Shown in pieces: positions 21,994 to 34,549 of a stretch of DNA of 64,000 bases. This DNA comes from Vitrella brassicaformis CCMP3155 (lineage: Eukaryota; Protista; Chromerida). The notes beneath the pieces were generated by a model, which saw only the letters and a list, made by a program, of their open reading frames with translations, did not search any database and was not told the DNA's origin. The stretch is taken from positions 216,883 through 280,882 of the forward strand of contig CDMY01000748.1 of NCBI GenBank assembly GCA_001179505.1, read 5' to 3'. A program made the translations under genes and the position numbers. The first letter of the stretch is position 1, and every line of letters starts with the position of its first letter.

Positions 21994-24900
21994 TCATGTT
22001 GCACCACCCTGACTGTGCTTCGCCTCCCCCTTGCCAACACGCACACACAGCCACTCCGAGTCGGGCTTCCTCCGGTCCTCCACCATCGCAAACACACTCC
22101 CCCCATCAGCCAGTGCCTTGCCAAGCTTGGCCTGCAGGTCCCGCAGCTGGATGATGAACTTGGCCTCAGTGCAGTTGAGGAGATCCCGCAGCCTGAACCG
22201 CAGCAGCTCGGTGGATTGCCGTGGGGTGGAGGGTGCTCTGTGTTGCATCGTCTCGGCGAGTTGCGAGAGCCGTGCCAGCACCGACCGCTCCCAAGCTGGA
22301 TCGCATAGAAGCTTGGGATAGTGCAATACCTGATGACACACCCACCCACACCCACCCACCCACACACAGAGAGAGAGAGAGAGAGAGCGAGAGAGACAAT
22401 GACCGTGTGTGTCTTCTGGGGTCAGGTGTGCTCACCTGTGTGGGCACGAGTAGGGTGGTCCTGAGCGTCTCCCTCAGGAAGCGCAGCCGATCGACGGCCG
22501 TCCGGCTGGGCAGCGTGAACACCTCTGGCGCCTGACAGACAGACATGAATACATAGTCGCATCCATCAACCAACAAAAATGCCGTGTGCTGGTGTGGTAT
22601 GGTGTGGTGTGGTGCCCCTGACCGTTTGTCTGAGTCTGTCGAGGTCGGCCCGTTTGAAGCCGAAACGAAGCAGCAGGCTCTCGTCGAGCAATGGCGGTGT
22701 CGGTGAGGATGAGTCATCAGTCGCTGAGACAGACGGCACAGCGTCACTCTCATCAGTCGCCTCCTGCCGATCTGCCGGCTCCTGCTGCAATGGGGCCTCG
22801 CGCGTGTCAACACTCTCTTGCGCCGCCGCTGCTGGTGCTGGTGCTGGTGGTGGGGGAGGTGGTGGTTGCCGTGGTACAGCTGTGCTCCTCTTGAACGCTT
22901 CAAACCTCCTCATAGTCGACTTCGCCACCCCCTCGACAAAGGCGCTGTCAGTGCCGCCCACCAAGTCCATCAAAGGGATGTCACTCACGGGCGGCGGGGG
23001 CGGGGGCGACCCCTCGTTGGCATGCGTGTGCCTGAGGTGGTGGATGAAGGCCGCGCGGGGCAGCAGCCGCTGAGCGGGGTCCATCAGCAGCACTGCGGGG
23101 TAGGACAGCAGCTCGCTGAAGTCGGTGCGGGCCAGGCCGTCGGGTGACGTGTAGAAGGACAGGAATGACGCGACCTACACCAAGCGCGCGCAAAGACCTT
23201 GCTTGGTGTCTTGTCTCGGCCTGTCTCGTCTGCCCAGTTAGTGACCTCGTGTGGTTTCTTGAGGCTTTTAATCCGCGTCTGCTGCAGCAGCTGCTCCGCT
23301 ATCTCGGCAGGCACCCCTGCACACGACGAATAGAGGGAGGCTCATGCTCAACTGGGGCGGGGCCCACCTACCCTACCTGCTTGTGTGAATGCCTCCTGCA
23401 CACTTTCTAGCCCACGCGGCAGCGGCAGCAGCGGGGCGGCCGAGGAGTCAGTCTGCGCCACCACCTGCTGCACGATGTGTGCCGACCGCCGCTCCTCTGC
23501 TGCAGGCGGAATGGCGTCATCCGGCCGCGAACGCACCAGCGGGTATGGCAGCTCTGCACACACACAGAGTCATCATTCACGCGCTCATCGACCGGACAGC
23601 CCTCTCACCTTGGCTGTCATCGTCTCCGTGTGCAGATGAGGCGTCGTCAATGTCTGCCTCTGTCTCGCCCTCGCCGGAAGATGGCGTGGGTGCGGGTGTG
23701 GGCGGTGCCGATTGGACTCTCTTGTCGAAGTCGGTCCGCAGCTGCTGAATGACGGCGATGAGTCCGTCCAAGTTGAGCTGGCCGTCGGGGAGGATCATCG
23801 ACTCACGGCCGGCGGCGGTGGCCTTGGCTTTGCCTCGGTTGCTGATACCCAAAGCCTACACTCACACACACATCCATCCATCCATGTGTGTGTGTGTTCG
23901 TCACTCTTACCTTTCTGATGTCTTTGTAGAGCTCTTTCTTGTACTCGAGGATGTAATTCACCGGCACGCCCAGAATCTGGTGGCAGAAGATGCTGTCCGT
24001 CTGACAAACAACGGAAACCACACAAGACACACACACACACACACACACAGCTGAGTGAGGGGAGGGAGGGAGGTCGGTGCTCTCTCGCCCCCGCACCCTA
24101 CCCCACCCCGCCCCACCCACCGTGCCGAAGACGTGCTCGTAGTCATGCCGCTGCAGCTCGACGCCATACAGCCTGATTGATTGGTGACGCACACACACAG
24201 CTGGGTCGGATCTTGTGCCAGTGGCGCAGCGCACCTGGCCATCTCGACACGCGGCACAAGAACGTTGATCATGTCCAGAGAGAAGAACCTGACACACAAC
24301 ACAACACAACACAACGCAACACAACACAACACACTCGCGGCAGCCATTGCTCTGAATCCATCGCATTGCTCACCTTGGTGCTTCCAGCAGCTTGTACAGG
24401 CTCTGAATGGGCTGCCCCATGCCGCCAAGGTGGAGGAAATAGAGCACTCGCGCACGGACGGTGCTGCTGTCCGACGCACACAGCTGCAGACAGACAGACA
24501 GACAGACAGACAGACAGGAGGGATGAATGTGTTGTGTTGTGTTGTGTGTCTGGAGCACTCACAGTCCCTACCGAGGGCGACATGGCCTTCAGCCGCTCAA
24601 TGAACTGAGGCGGGGCCCCGACCTTACAGAACGAGCCAAGACCCAAACCAAAACACCAACACGCCCATCCATCCATCCATCCTTGCTGTGTGCGTGTGTG
24701 TAATGGCTGGGCTGGCTCACCTCCTTGCTGTGCAGGAACTCCTCAACCGTCACGCCCTTGCCCTGCACGAAGCCGCCATCAGCACCAGACGCACTCGGCT
24801 CGCCCACATCAGCAGCAGCAGCAGCAGCAGCAGCGGCATCTATCTTCGGCACGTGCCCTACAAGAGGCGGCCCGCCACCCAGGCCGGGTGCTGGCGGTGC

Positions 24901-25883
24901 CTTCTGCCCATCTGTGTGGCCCGTTGGTGTTTCTCCCGCTGTGGCTGCTGTGGGTAAGGGAATGGGGGGCTCTTCCTCCACCTGAACACGGCAGAGAGAG
25001 AGAGAGAGAGAGGGAGGGAGAGGGAGAAAATGTGTGTGACAGGTCTGGTGAGTGTGGGTGGATGGGTGAGCGTCGGTGGCTGGGCTACTTACTTGTATGA
25101 GGTAGGTGAAGTCTTCTGTGGGAACGCCATCCTCCTGAAGCGACGTCACCCTCTCAGCAACCTCATCAACAGACAAGTACATCACACCTACACACACAAA
25201 CATATACACACACACATAACACACACACACACCTGCGTCAATACCCATCTATCTCTACCTGGGTTCTCCATGAGTGTCTGTTTCATCTGGTCGTCGGTCA
25301 TGCCGCCCACAGTGGTCAGGTAGTGCACCACCTTGGGCGCCTCGGACACCCGGACACGGTCACTCAACACCGCGCTTCCTGTTGTAATATATGGCGGGCA
25401 GATACACACAGACACACACAGAGGAAAACGATTGAGCGCATGCCGGTCGTGCGCTGGTTGGTAGCTTGTTCGCCCACCACACCGTGTTGTGAAAGCAGGT
25501 CTTCACACTCGGCGTGCGACAGACCTAACAGACACACAGACAGACAGACAGACCACACAGGAGGAGAAACCATCAATCAACGCATTCATTTCATCTTGTC
25601 AGTCAGTGTGTAGTAGGGGTGTCTGTCCTCACTGACCGAATCTCCGCAGCAAGGCCAGCCTCTCCAGTATCCTTTCCGTAGTGTAGCACTCATCGCCACC
25701 CCCATCTGCAGATGCTCCCACACACTTTGACGCTGCCGCCCTCGCGTCACCGGCGAACCGGACGTCGCTGCGCACAGCCTGACGGCCAGATCTCTGCGCG
25801 CTAAGTGACGGCACCCATCTCTGCAGCACTCTGCTCCAGGCGCGAGGCTGATCTGCCTGAAGCCGAAGCAGCGCGGACTTCAT
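21994..25883 (-). CDS. mTERF-family organellar nucleic-acid-binding protein (multi-exon)
   Basis: Basic N-terminal leader MKSALLRLQADQPRAWSRVLQRW. mTERF-like repeats: LALLRRF|GLSHAECEDLLSQH, YPAVLLMDPAQRLLPRAAFI, HYPKLLCDPAWERSVLARL...LRDLLNCTEAKF. Exon junctions checked at 23609/23553 and in the following introns stay in frame, which supports a single gene. Confidence 0.7.
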
Positions 25884-25981
25884 TGCCGGGTGCTGGAAAC
25901 GGCTCAGGTGGACGTCTGCAGTCACGTGGAGGCCTCCATCTTCGGGAGAGAATGGGAAAAGAGATCCGGGAGATCACTTCA

Positions 25982-25988
25982 AGCTCGC
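25982..25988 (+). promoter_or_regulatory. AGCTCGC candidate promoter element
   Basis: Between ATG 25883(-) and 26306(+). Confidence 0.5.
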
Positions 25989-26305
25989 AGTGTTTTTCTG
26001 GCAAAGTCGAGTCGAGGCGTGGTCTCTCCTCCTTTGCCCGGCGCATCGGATTCTTGTTTTCTCGCTCCCTTCAACCGCCCGCCTGTCTCGCTTTCGTCTT
26101 CTCTGAACCGAAGCGGGCACCCAACAGAAAGATCCGCCCTCGCTGCGTGCCCGCCCCTTCTGCCACACCCAAACCCACCACCGGCACAAGCAACAAGCTC
26201 AAGCCAGCCGGTTCGTTCCTCCATCCCTCTCCCTCTCTCTGTGCCATCCGCCCTTCAGTGACACCCGCACCGGTCCATCCACACAAACATCGCTGCATCA
26301 GCATC

Positions 26306-27621
26306 ATGGCGATGAGCGGCGGCCGTCAACAGAACCCTTTTGAGCTGCTGCAGGAGGAGCGCAAGATCATGCGGCAGAAGCAGAAGGCGCAGAAGCGCAA
26401 GGAGGAGGAGGAGAGGCGGCGGCAGCAGCTGGCCGAGAACGCCAAGAAGCCCTACGTCAGGGAGGCGGGCAAGAGCTGGGCGGACGTCAGCGACGACGAC
26501 GACGACTTCTTTGACGGCGGTGGGAGAGGCGGTGGGCAGAGGGACGCATTCCACTCGCCCAAACACGGTGGGTAGCTACGGTCAGCCGCCCATTCACCCA
26601 ACCAGCACTCCACACCACCTGACCTCACCCCAGAGGCGACTGTATATGTGTGTGTGTGCAGGTGGTGGCAGGCCGGCTGCTGCCAAGGACGACGACCTGA
26701 GTGAGGAGGAGGACGAAGTGGACAACGATGACGAGTCGGATGAGGAGGCGCATGGCGAGGGAGGGTCGGTGGAGGCCTCCCCCGCACAGGCGCCCACCTC
26801 GCCGCCCGTCGCACCTATGCCGTCGCCGCCAAAGACACAAGATGCACACGGTGAGAGAAGGGACAGGCAATGACACTGACGGAGTGCCTTTCTTTCATCC
26901 GCTGTAACTGTGTGTGTGGTCAGTGTCTGCGGGTGCGGTTGACGTGAGGAATTTGAGCAAGAAGGAGAGGCAGGAGCTCAAGAAGAAGGAGCTCGAGGAG
27001 CTGGACGCGCTACTCGCCGACATGGGACGTAAGCAAGCAGTCCACACACTTACCCACACACACACACGCATCGCCTTCACATCTGTATGGATGGATGTCC
27101 CTCTCCCTCTCCCTCCCTCTCCGTGTGTGTCAGTCAAGACGGCCGAAGAGCCCTCCCCCACGGCAGCAGACGAAGCGCAGCAGCAGCAGCCGTCCGCACC
27201 GGCCAACGGCCACACGCAGGACGCCTCCACCGCTGCCGACCAGGAGCCACCCGCTGCAGGGGTCGCAGCGGCCGACAAGAAGAAGAAAAAGAAAAAGAAG
27301 AAAGACAAAGAGGCCGAGGAGGGAGCCGACGCCGCAACAGCCCACAACGGGCACCCCTCCGTCGCAGAGAACGGGCAGGAGCCGCCGGCCACCACTGAGA
27401 CCCAGCAGCAGCAGCAGCAGCAGGAGGCAGCTGAGGAGGGGGGTGCCACCGAGGGTGCTGCCGTCGACAAGGAGAAGGCGCTGGAGGCGCTCAAGCATCG
27501 GCTGGCGGCCGGCAAGAAAAAGGGTGGCGGCAAGGGCGTACAGAGTGCAGTGCTGGAGGAGGTCAAGAAGCGCAAGGAGGGCAAGAAGGAGAAGAAGGAC
27601 AAGACATTCTTCGACCGATAG
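26306..27621 (+). CDS. Charged low-complexity protein with SWADV-DDDD and LSKKE..KKKELEELDALLADMG motifs
   Basis: Exons 26306-26567, 26662-26850, 26924-27028, 27134-27621 join in frame. The motifs resemble an uncharacterised conserved eukaryotic family (from memory). Confidence 0.75.
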
Positions 27622-29139
27622 ATAGACACATAGATACATAGCAGAGATGGACAGACGACACACGCACACACACATACTGACTGCAGACTGGGCCGGGGAG
27701 GGATGGAGGGAGGGCGGGGAGGGAGGGAGAGAGAGAGAGGAGGGATTGTATGTGGGATGGTGTTTTCAATTGCGGGCTGTCAGCTCAATGGATCGCGCGT
27801 ACGTTGTGCGCGGCGTGTGGGTGGGCGGGTGGGTGGGTTGGATGTTGTTTCGACCGAGAGAGTGACTGAGAGAGTGGCTAACCTGACCGGGGGGCTGGTG
27901 GGGTGGGTGGGGAGTGTGCGCGTACCGTACCCTCTTTGTAGCTCTCCCTCTCCCCCCCCCCTCTCTCTCTCTCTCTCCCTGTGTGTCCGTGGGTGTGACT
28001 GTGTGAGTGTGTGGCTGGCTGGCTGGCGGTGAGGCTGCGCCCATTTGTATTGTATTGTGTGCGCTGCGCATGGCATGGCTGTCATCCATCCCGGCTGGCT
28101 GACTCACACGAGAGGGACTCGCATCCCAGTGCCCCTGTTTTCAAGGGCGCGGCTTGGGGGGTCTCATCTCCCTGTCTGCCGGTCGCGGGGAGCGTCTGCC
28201 TGTTGAGCGCCATACCTACGACACACAGACTCTGTGCCGGTGTTGGCTCATCAACAGCTCAGCTCCGGGACCTTTGCTGGGCGATGGTTGTCAGGTCAGC
28301 GGGGTGGAGTTGTTGCCGTGCCGCAACGGCCCTCATGGATTTTTCGACACACACACGCGTAGCGCAGCGTATGGAGCAGCAGACATCGTGACCATCACCT
28401 CACCCAGGGAGTGAAGTGCTGCTCTTCCCTTCTCTGTTTCTTTCTGTCTGTCTGTCTGTCTGTCTGTCTGACACTGTCTACGTGAGGGGTGGTGCGGTGC
28501 ATTGATTGCATGGCAGGGAAAGGGAGGGGCGGGGCGCCCTGCAGATCCCAGGGCAGTCAGTCCACCGAGGGCTTCTGTCTATCTGTCTGTCTGTCTGTCT
28601 GTATGGTTAACTAGCTAATTCACTTGGCTGGGGGGGGAACAAGAGGGAAGCGGTGCGTGGCGTGGTATGGTGGCTGTGGTGGCTTGGCTGGCGAGAGGTT
28701 TAAAGTCTCAATCAATAAATGCCGCGATGGGTAGCTGGCCCGGCCCATGAGCCCGCGCTCTTTTTTGGACCGGCCGGACTCGAGCATGCGTGTGTGCACC
28801 TGCCTGCCTGTTCGTGTGGGCTTTGTATGCCCCGCCCCATGTGTGTGTGAGTGGTATGCAGAGCAGTGGCTTGGCTAACTCGTTGGGTGCAGTCAGTGAG
28901 GTAGGTGACCGAGGGAGGGGTGCCTCCCTCGGCTCGGCGCGTGTGTGCGCTTGTCGGCCGGCTCTCGACTGACTGGATCAAGTGTGCGCGTGTGTGTGTA
29001 TGTAAGTCTCTTCGTGTCTTATTGCATGAGCATGACTGAAATCAATCAGTTGATTCGAGAATCTCACACAAAAATCAAACAAGTCTCCCACCCACACCAC
29101 AAGACCTTTCTCCCTCCCTCTGCTCTCTCTCCCTCCCTC

Positions 29140-31731
29140 CTAGTAAATCGTGGAGACATCAGGGAAGACCCCGGTGACCTGTGGGCGGACCATCGGCCGC
29201 TTGCGGGCCCATCTGCTCATTCGGTACTTGAGGTCCTCCTCATACACAGGCTGCTTGGGCACCTCGGGCTCCTCCAAATCCGGAAACTGAGACAGGATGT
29301 GGGTCAGCTGCGCGTCCTTCTGGTGCTCATCTAGCGTGTCCCAGTGACACCTGCACACAGAGGCGGGCGGCCATCCATCCATCCATTCATGAGCCAGACA
29401 TCCAGGCAGCACAGGCGTGTTGTACCTGTGTATGGTGACGACATTGACCCCAAAGTGCTGCATGAGCCGCGTCTTGAGAGCGATCCACCCTGACGCCTTG
29501 GGTCGCCCCGGCCCCAAGGGCTGGTAGTAGTCATACTCCAAAGCCAGCTTCTTGTGCTTCAACAGATGGCCTGCGAACCAGCAGTGCTGCTCGTCAAACG
29601 GCCTGCCCGCGGAGCAGTTGATGAGGGCCCCGGGGACACGCAGACGGCGGAGTGCTTCGTCCACGTCTTTCTGGAGCTTCTCAGAGCCCTGCACACACAC
29701 GCGCCGCGCCATGACGCGGGGGTGTGTGCGTGTGTGTGTGTATGTGTGTGTGTGTGTGTGTGTGTGGGTGTGTGGGTGTACCTGTGGCTGTGCGTGAAGG
29801 ACGATCTTGTCGAGCCACCGGAGATGCAGCCGCTGCTGGATCTCTATCGGCAAGGCCTGACCACAATATGTATGCACACAAGCATACAAAGACGTCGTCT
29901 GTGTGTCTGACTGACCCGTTTGATGGCGATCTCGCTCTTGGGCTTCTCCACATCGCAGCAGTAGAGCGTCTGCACCACACACCCCCACACACGCACGCAC
30001 AGAGACGCTCCGACACGCGTGTCTCAGTGTGTGTGTGTGTGGCCTGACTTGGTAGAGGAAGAACTGGACCCATCCGCTCTCGTCGAGGTCGTCGCCAGCC
30101 TGCTCCACGGCATACTTCAGAAAATACGGCAGGGGCGTCATCTCAGCCGTTGGGCTGCAGATGCACACGAAAACGGTCAATAAACGTCTCTCTCTCTCTC
30201 TCTCTCTCTGTCTGTGTGTGTGTGTGTGTGTGTGCGTGTGTGCCTGTCGTAGGTGCCGTTGATGACGACTGCGAATGCCAGGGCGGCCCAGTCGAAGGCC
30301 GTGCCCTCCCCACCGTCAGGCAGCACGTAGTCACTCGGCTCGCGGCTATCCGGGCTGGCACCTACACAGCCACACTCACACACATATTCCCCTCCCTCTC
30401 TCTCCCTGTGTGTGAATGCTCTCTATCCTACCCTCTCTGAGCTGCGGCCACACGAACCTCCTGGCTGCCTCGATGACCAGCCGATCGACGAGGCCAGAGT
30501 AGTCGCGGGACAGATCAGAAACCGGGCCGAATGTGTTGGGGCCTTTGGTGTCGCCGATGCCGAGCAGAGACAGAGATAGGGCCATGGTAGAGAGCGCGGG
30601 CAGGGTCCACGACTGCACACACACACCAGGTACACACACAGACAAACAGAGAGAGAGAGAGAGAGAGGATCGAGTCATAGGATGGATGGATGGATGCGTG
30701 TGTGCGTACGCTCATGTGCTGTTCGACGAGGTCCAGTATGGCCGGCATCAGTTGCCAGCACCGGTACTCAACAGCAGCCATGGAATACAGAAGACGGGGC
30801 GCAAATTTGGCCTGATCGAAGAAGACAACACTCACTGACTGATGCACACGTGTCTATCGCCCGTGTGTGTGCGTGTACCCGTAGCTTGTGCCTTCGTTCG
30901 ATGAGGTCAAACAGAAGCCACTTGAAGGACGGGATGGTGTGGATCAGCTGCTTGTCGCGGGTCGACCTGCACTCACACACAGTCATATCACGGCCTGTCC
31001 GGTGTGGCCATGTGGCACAGTAGTCACCCACCAGAATGAGTTGAATCCGAATGTGTTGGCGAGGTGGTGGAAGCAGCGGACGAGGAAGGCGTATTGGGGG
31101 TGGTCCACCGTCTTCATGTACTCGCGGTAGATCCTACACACACACACACACAGAGAAAGAGAGAGTGTGTTGACGCGTTGATGCGTGTGAGTGTGTGTGC
31201 AGGGCTGCAATCACTTGATGAGTGTCCTGGGGTTGCTGTGCGCCTTGTCCAGCTTCTTGTGGTAGTAAGATACGATGTCCTTCGGAGGTAGATTCTCAAA
31301 CACCTGACACACACACACACACATACACTCACTCAGTCCCACGCATCCGTCTGCTCCGAGCATTGCAACAGTGCATTTCTCTGTGCGCACCGCACCTTGA
31401 CTCTCCTGAGAGCCCTGGGCGCCAGTGCGTCGAGGTACAGCTTGTGCGTCATGCTCTGACTCGTCACCTGCGCCAACGACACGATGCCCCGACTCCTGCA
31501 GCCCAGCCAGCACAAAGTGAACGGCACACACATACACACGTGTGTATATAATGCATAGATCTGTACGTGCCGATGTGTATGTGCATGTGTGTGTGCGTGT
31601 GCGTGGATGAATGTGGTGTGGTGTGTGTTGCTGACTGACGCAGCGGGAGGAGCATCGGATGGGCGAGATGCTGAGGGCAGACGGGCAGATCTGAAGCTGC
31701 TCCCCATCGCAGCACCAACACAGGGGCGCAT
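29140..31731 (-). CDS. RAP-domain (FASTK-like) organellar RNA-binding protein
   Basis: The C-terminal segment HCWFAGHLLKHKKLALEYD...SGWIALKTRLMQHFGVNVVTIH|RCHWDTLDEHQKDAQLTHIL fits a RAP domain. Helical-repeat exons lie upstream. The start is at MRPCVGAAMGSSFRSARL. Not all exon borders were resolved. Confidence 0.75.
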
Positions 31732-32530
31732 CCTCCTACACGGGAAATAGCAGTGGGGGGATTGCAGTAGGGTTTTCCTTAGGGTTTTTGCTTCTGTGTA
31801 ACAGTGTTCTTTGCTTCGTTAAAGGACTGAGTCCATTCCAAACCTGACCCAGTCCGAAGTATGAGTAACATGACACTGAGACAGGTGCATGAAATCCCAA
31901 ACCCACCCATCCACCCACCCAGACGCACTTGACCCAACACGGCCTTGAGCCCAAGGTCCGCCAGGACAACACACACACGATGTACTTTACTTACTCCTGA
32001 TGATGACTACCTCACCTGCCTTGCCTTACCGTACGCTACTGGCACGGCAGTGCCGCTCTACCTACCCTACCTGCCTACGCTCGAACGCACTCAGGACTTC
32101 ACAGAAATGGACACATGTAGAGTGTAAGTCAAGAATGAAAGCACTGGATCAGGACCAAAAGCAAAACACATGAACCCCACACGTATCAACCACGGTTTGA
32201 TAGACTTGCACCCTACCAGGGGATGCCGGCTCTCTTGATTGCATTATCAAGACCATCACCAAGCTGCCACCCACCCAACCAACCACCCAACCAACCACGT
32301 GCATACATACATACACGTCGATCCATCCATCCATCCATCCATCTACCTATGCCAAAAAGTCACGAACCCAAATGATCTATTTCAGCGAATAGCAACATGA
32401 AAGCAAACCGTCTCTTGCTCGTGTAGTCGGTTGTCGATTACATCCATATCACGGACACCCACAGGCACAGGCACAGGCACAGGCACATTCGACAGCGGGC
32501 ACGCGACTGGCGCACACCAGACACGTGAAC

Positions 32531-34022
32531 TCATGTGCATCGGGGACTCACATGCCAGTTGCCGGATCCGTCCATGCTCTCTCGTCCACTCTCCGACCTC
32601 CGCTTCATGTTCAGATTCTCCCCGTCGCAGTTAAAGGTGTGGTCGCCCTCCCAAACCCCTCTGTCGACGAGGCTCTCCGCGTACCAGTACATGAAACCGG
32701 TATCGCCTGCGGCCTGGAGATCCTCGCCGCTCTCGACCAACTTAAACTCCTCACCGGGAGACGCGTCATGCCAGCGGCTGCAGACCCACTTGCCGGATGT
32801 CGACCTGTACCGGACCACGACCTGTATGCGCTTATGGCAGTCGTTCCGGATGTAGATCTTCCTCGACTGCACACACATACAGCATAACACAGAGAAAACA
32901 ACAGGATCAGTCGAGTCGAAGGAAGGTGACTCGCGTCACACACACACACACACATCGCCGAATTCGTCGACTCTATCATCAATAACACTACCCACCTGTG
33001 GCGCGGAAGGCGCGGAAGGTCGGGAAGGCGCGGAAGGTCGGGAAGTTTGCGGCGGCCCCCCGGTCCCACCCCCACTCGACGGGCAGGAACCCTACACGGA
33101 CAGACACACACACACACACACACACACACACCCCGTCCGTCACGCAGGCACAGTATCGCCCCGGTTGGATGGCTGGCGTACCACGCACGAAACTCGGAAG
33201 GGGATGTTCGAGGCGGGGCACGGCGCATTGCAGCTGTATGTTCCTTCGATCTGGCCTGGTGTCGACTCGCTGCCCTGGTAGGTGCACGGACGGCCGTCGC
33301 AGTTGTCGCCACCGGAGCGGTTCAAGGTCCACGAGCCGCCCGACTGTGTCACACGCATGTTGTACCTGGCAACAGACAGACAGACAGACAGCCAGATGTT
33401 TGGTGGCAGAACTTCTTGATGAAGTGATTGACTTACCAGGCAGTTGCGCCTTCGTTGTTATTGAAAAGTTCGCAGCGATAGTCAGATCCTTGCAATTTGC
33501 AGTTGCCGTGCCACGTCCACTGATGGCCCTCCTGAATTTGGAATTGCGGCCCGAGTTGGAGCCGCCGCAGTGTCAAGCCGTCTGCCAGGAAGGTAACCAA
33601 CACACACGGGGCGATCCATGGTAGGTGCGATCCATGGTAGGTGCGCAAACAAGAGATCGCTTACCTCCTGTGTCATCGGTGGCATTCAGGGGCACACCAT
33701 CTGCACACAGGGGAGACACATACACACACAGACAGACAGACAGACACACACAGACACACAGACAGACAGACAGACAGACAGACATTGGGCGTGCTTCTGT
33801 GCGGATGCTGTGTGAGTACCCTGGACGGGGAGGGGAGCCGCAGGGGGTAGTTGAGAAGAACGGAGTCCACGCAGCTGCACACACCACAAGCCGACGCACA
33901 GCCAGTGCTCAATGAACCACTCACTCATTGGCGTGTCTGCCTGTCTGTTGTGTGTACCCTACCGTCTGGTCGGCCGCCGCCAGGGCACAGAGGAGGCCAA
34001 CGAGGACGAAGAGCCGATGCAT
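32531..34022 (-). CDS. Secreted protein: signal peptide + RRLQ pro-segment + Cys-containing domain + Pro/Ser linker + DUF1036-like C-terminal domain
   Basis: MHRLFVLVGLLCALAAADQT|LRGLRSSQLPPAAPLPVQ|DGVPLNATDDTG|DGLTLRRLQLG...W|YNMRV...CDGRPC...CNAPC|GSCPSSGGG..SRPSAPSRPSAPSAPQ|SRKIYIRNDCHKRIQVVVRY...KW....W....PGE...FMYWYAES...WEGDHTFNC. The last exon matches the remembered DUF1036 pattern. Confidence 0.7.
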
Positions 34023-34292
34023 CTTTGGCCGGTTGACTGACAGGAATCCCAGGCAAAGCAGGCACAGGCAGGCACAAGCAGGCACAAGCAGGCAAGCAGA
34101 GGCACAAGTAGAGCACTGGCACAAGCGATGGAATGACGCGAGGAGAGGCCAGTGCAGTGGGGCTGCTGACGAAGACAGCAGCCGACAGGAAGACACAGAT
34201 CTCTCTCCTCTCCCCCTCTCCAATACATCGCGATAGAGGAGAGCAAACAGAGAAGAAAAGAGAGTGGAGAGAGAGTTGCAGGGTTAGGGTAT

Positions 34293-34319
34293 AGCTCGCA
34301 TTTTGACCCCAAAGCTCGC
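34293..34319 (+). promoter_or_regulatory. Two AGCTCGC elements 20 bp apart, next to GGGTTAGGG
   Basis: Between ATG 34022(-) and 34443(+); retained in the duplicates at 35961/35981 and 37130/37150. Confidence 0.55.
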
Positions 34320-34442
34320 GGCTTTCGCATCATCCCGAAATCATCTCCCCCGTGGCGCCATCGCTTCTTGGATCGCATTTTCGATTTGTTTGATTGACTG
34401 AGCGAGTTGAGTTGTGCTAACTATTGGTTTGCTTAAGGCAAG

Positions 34443-34509
34443 ATGTTGAAGTGGCTGGGAGTGAACAAGAAGAAGCAGAAGGAGGACGAGATATTCGACT
34501 CCGTCAGAA
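34443..34509 (+). pseudogene. Orphan EHD exon 1 carried by the segmental duplication
   Basis: Encodes MLKWLGVNKKKQKEDEIFDSVR and is followed by a GTGAGT donor. Contiguous sequence then runs into the 3' end of secreted-gene copy 2 with no EHD exon 2. Confidence 0.75.
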
Positions 34510-34549
34510 GTGAGTGAGATCATTGAGAGAAGCAATCAGTCACTCAGTC

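Noticed and set aside
26895-27675. Long antisense ORFs over GC-rich coding exons (also 60608-61360, 16370-17104)
   Set aside because: They are shadow ORFs of genuine genes on the opposite strand, with low-complexity translations and no recognisable motifs.
34281-34289. GGGTTAGGG as an interstitial telomere
   Set aside because: It is only about 1.5 repeat units; at most a telo-box-like promoter word.
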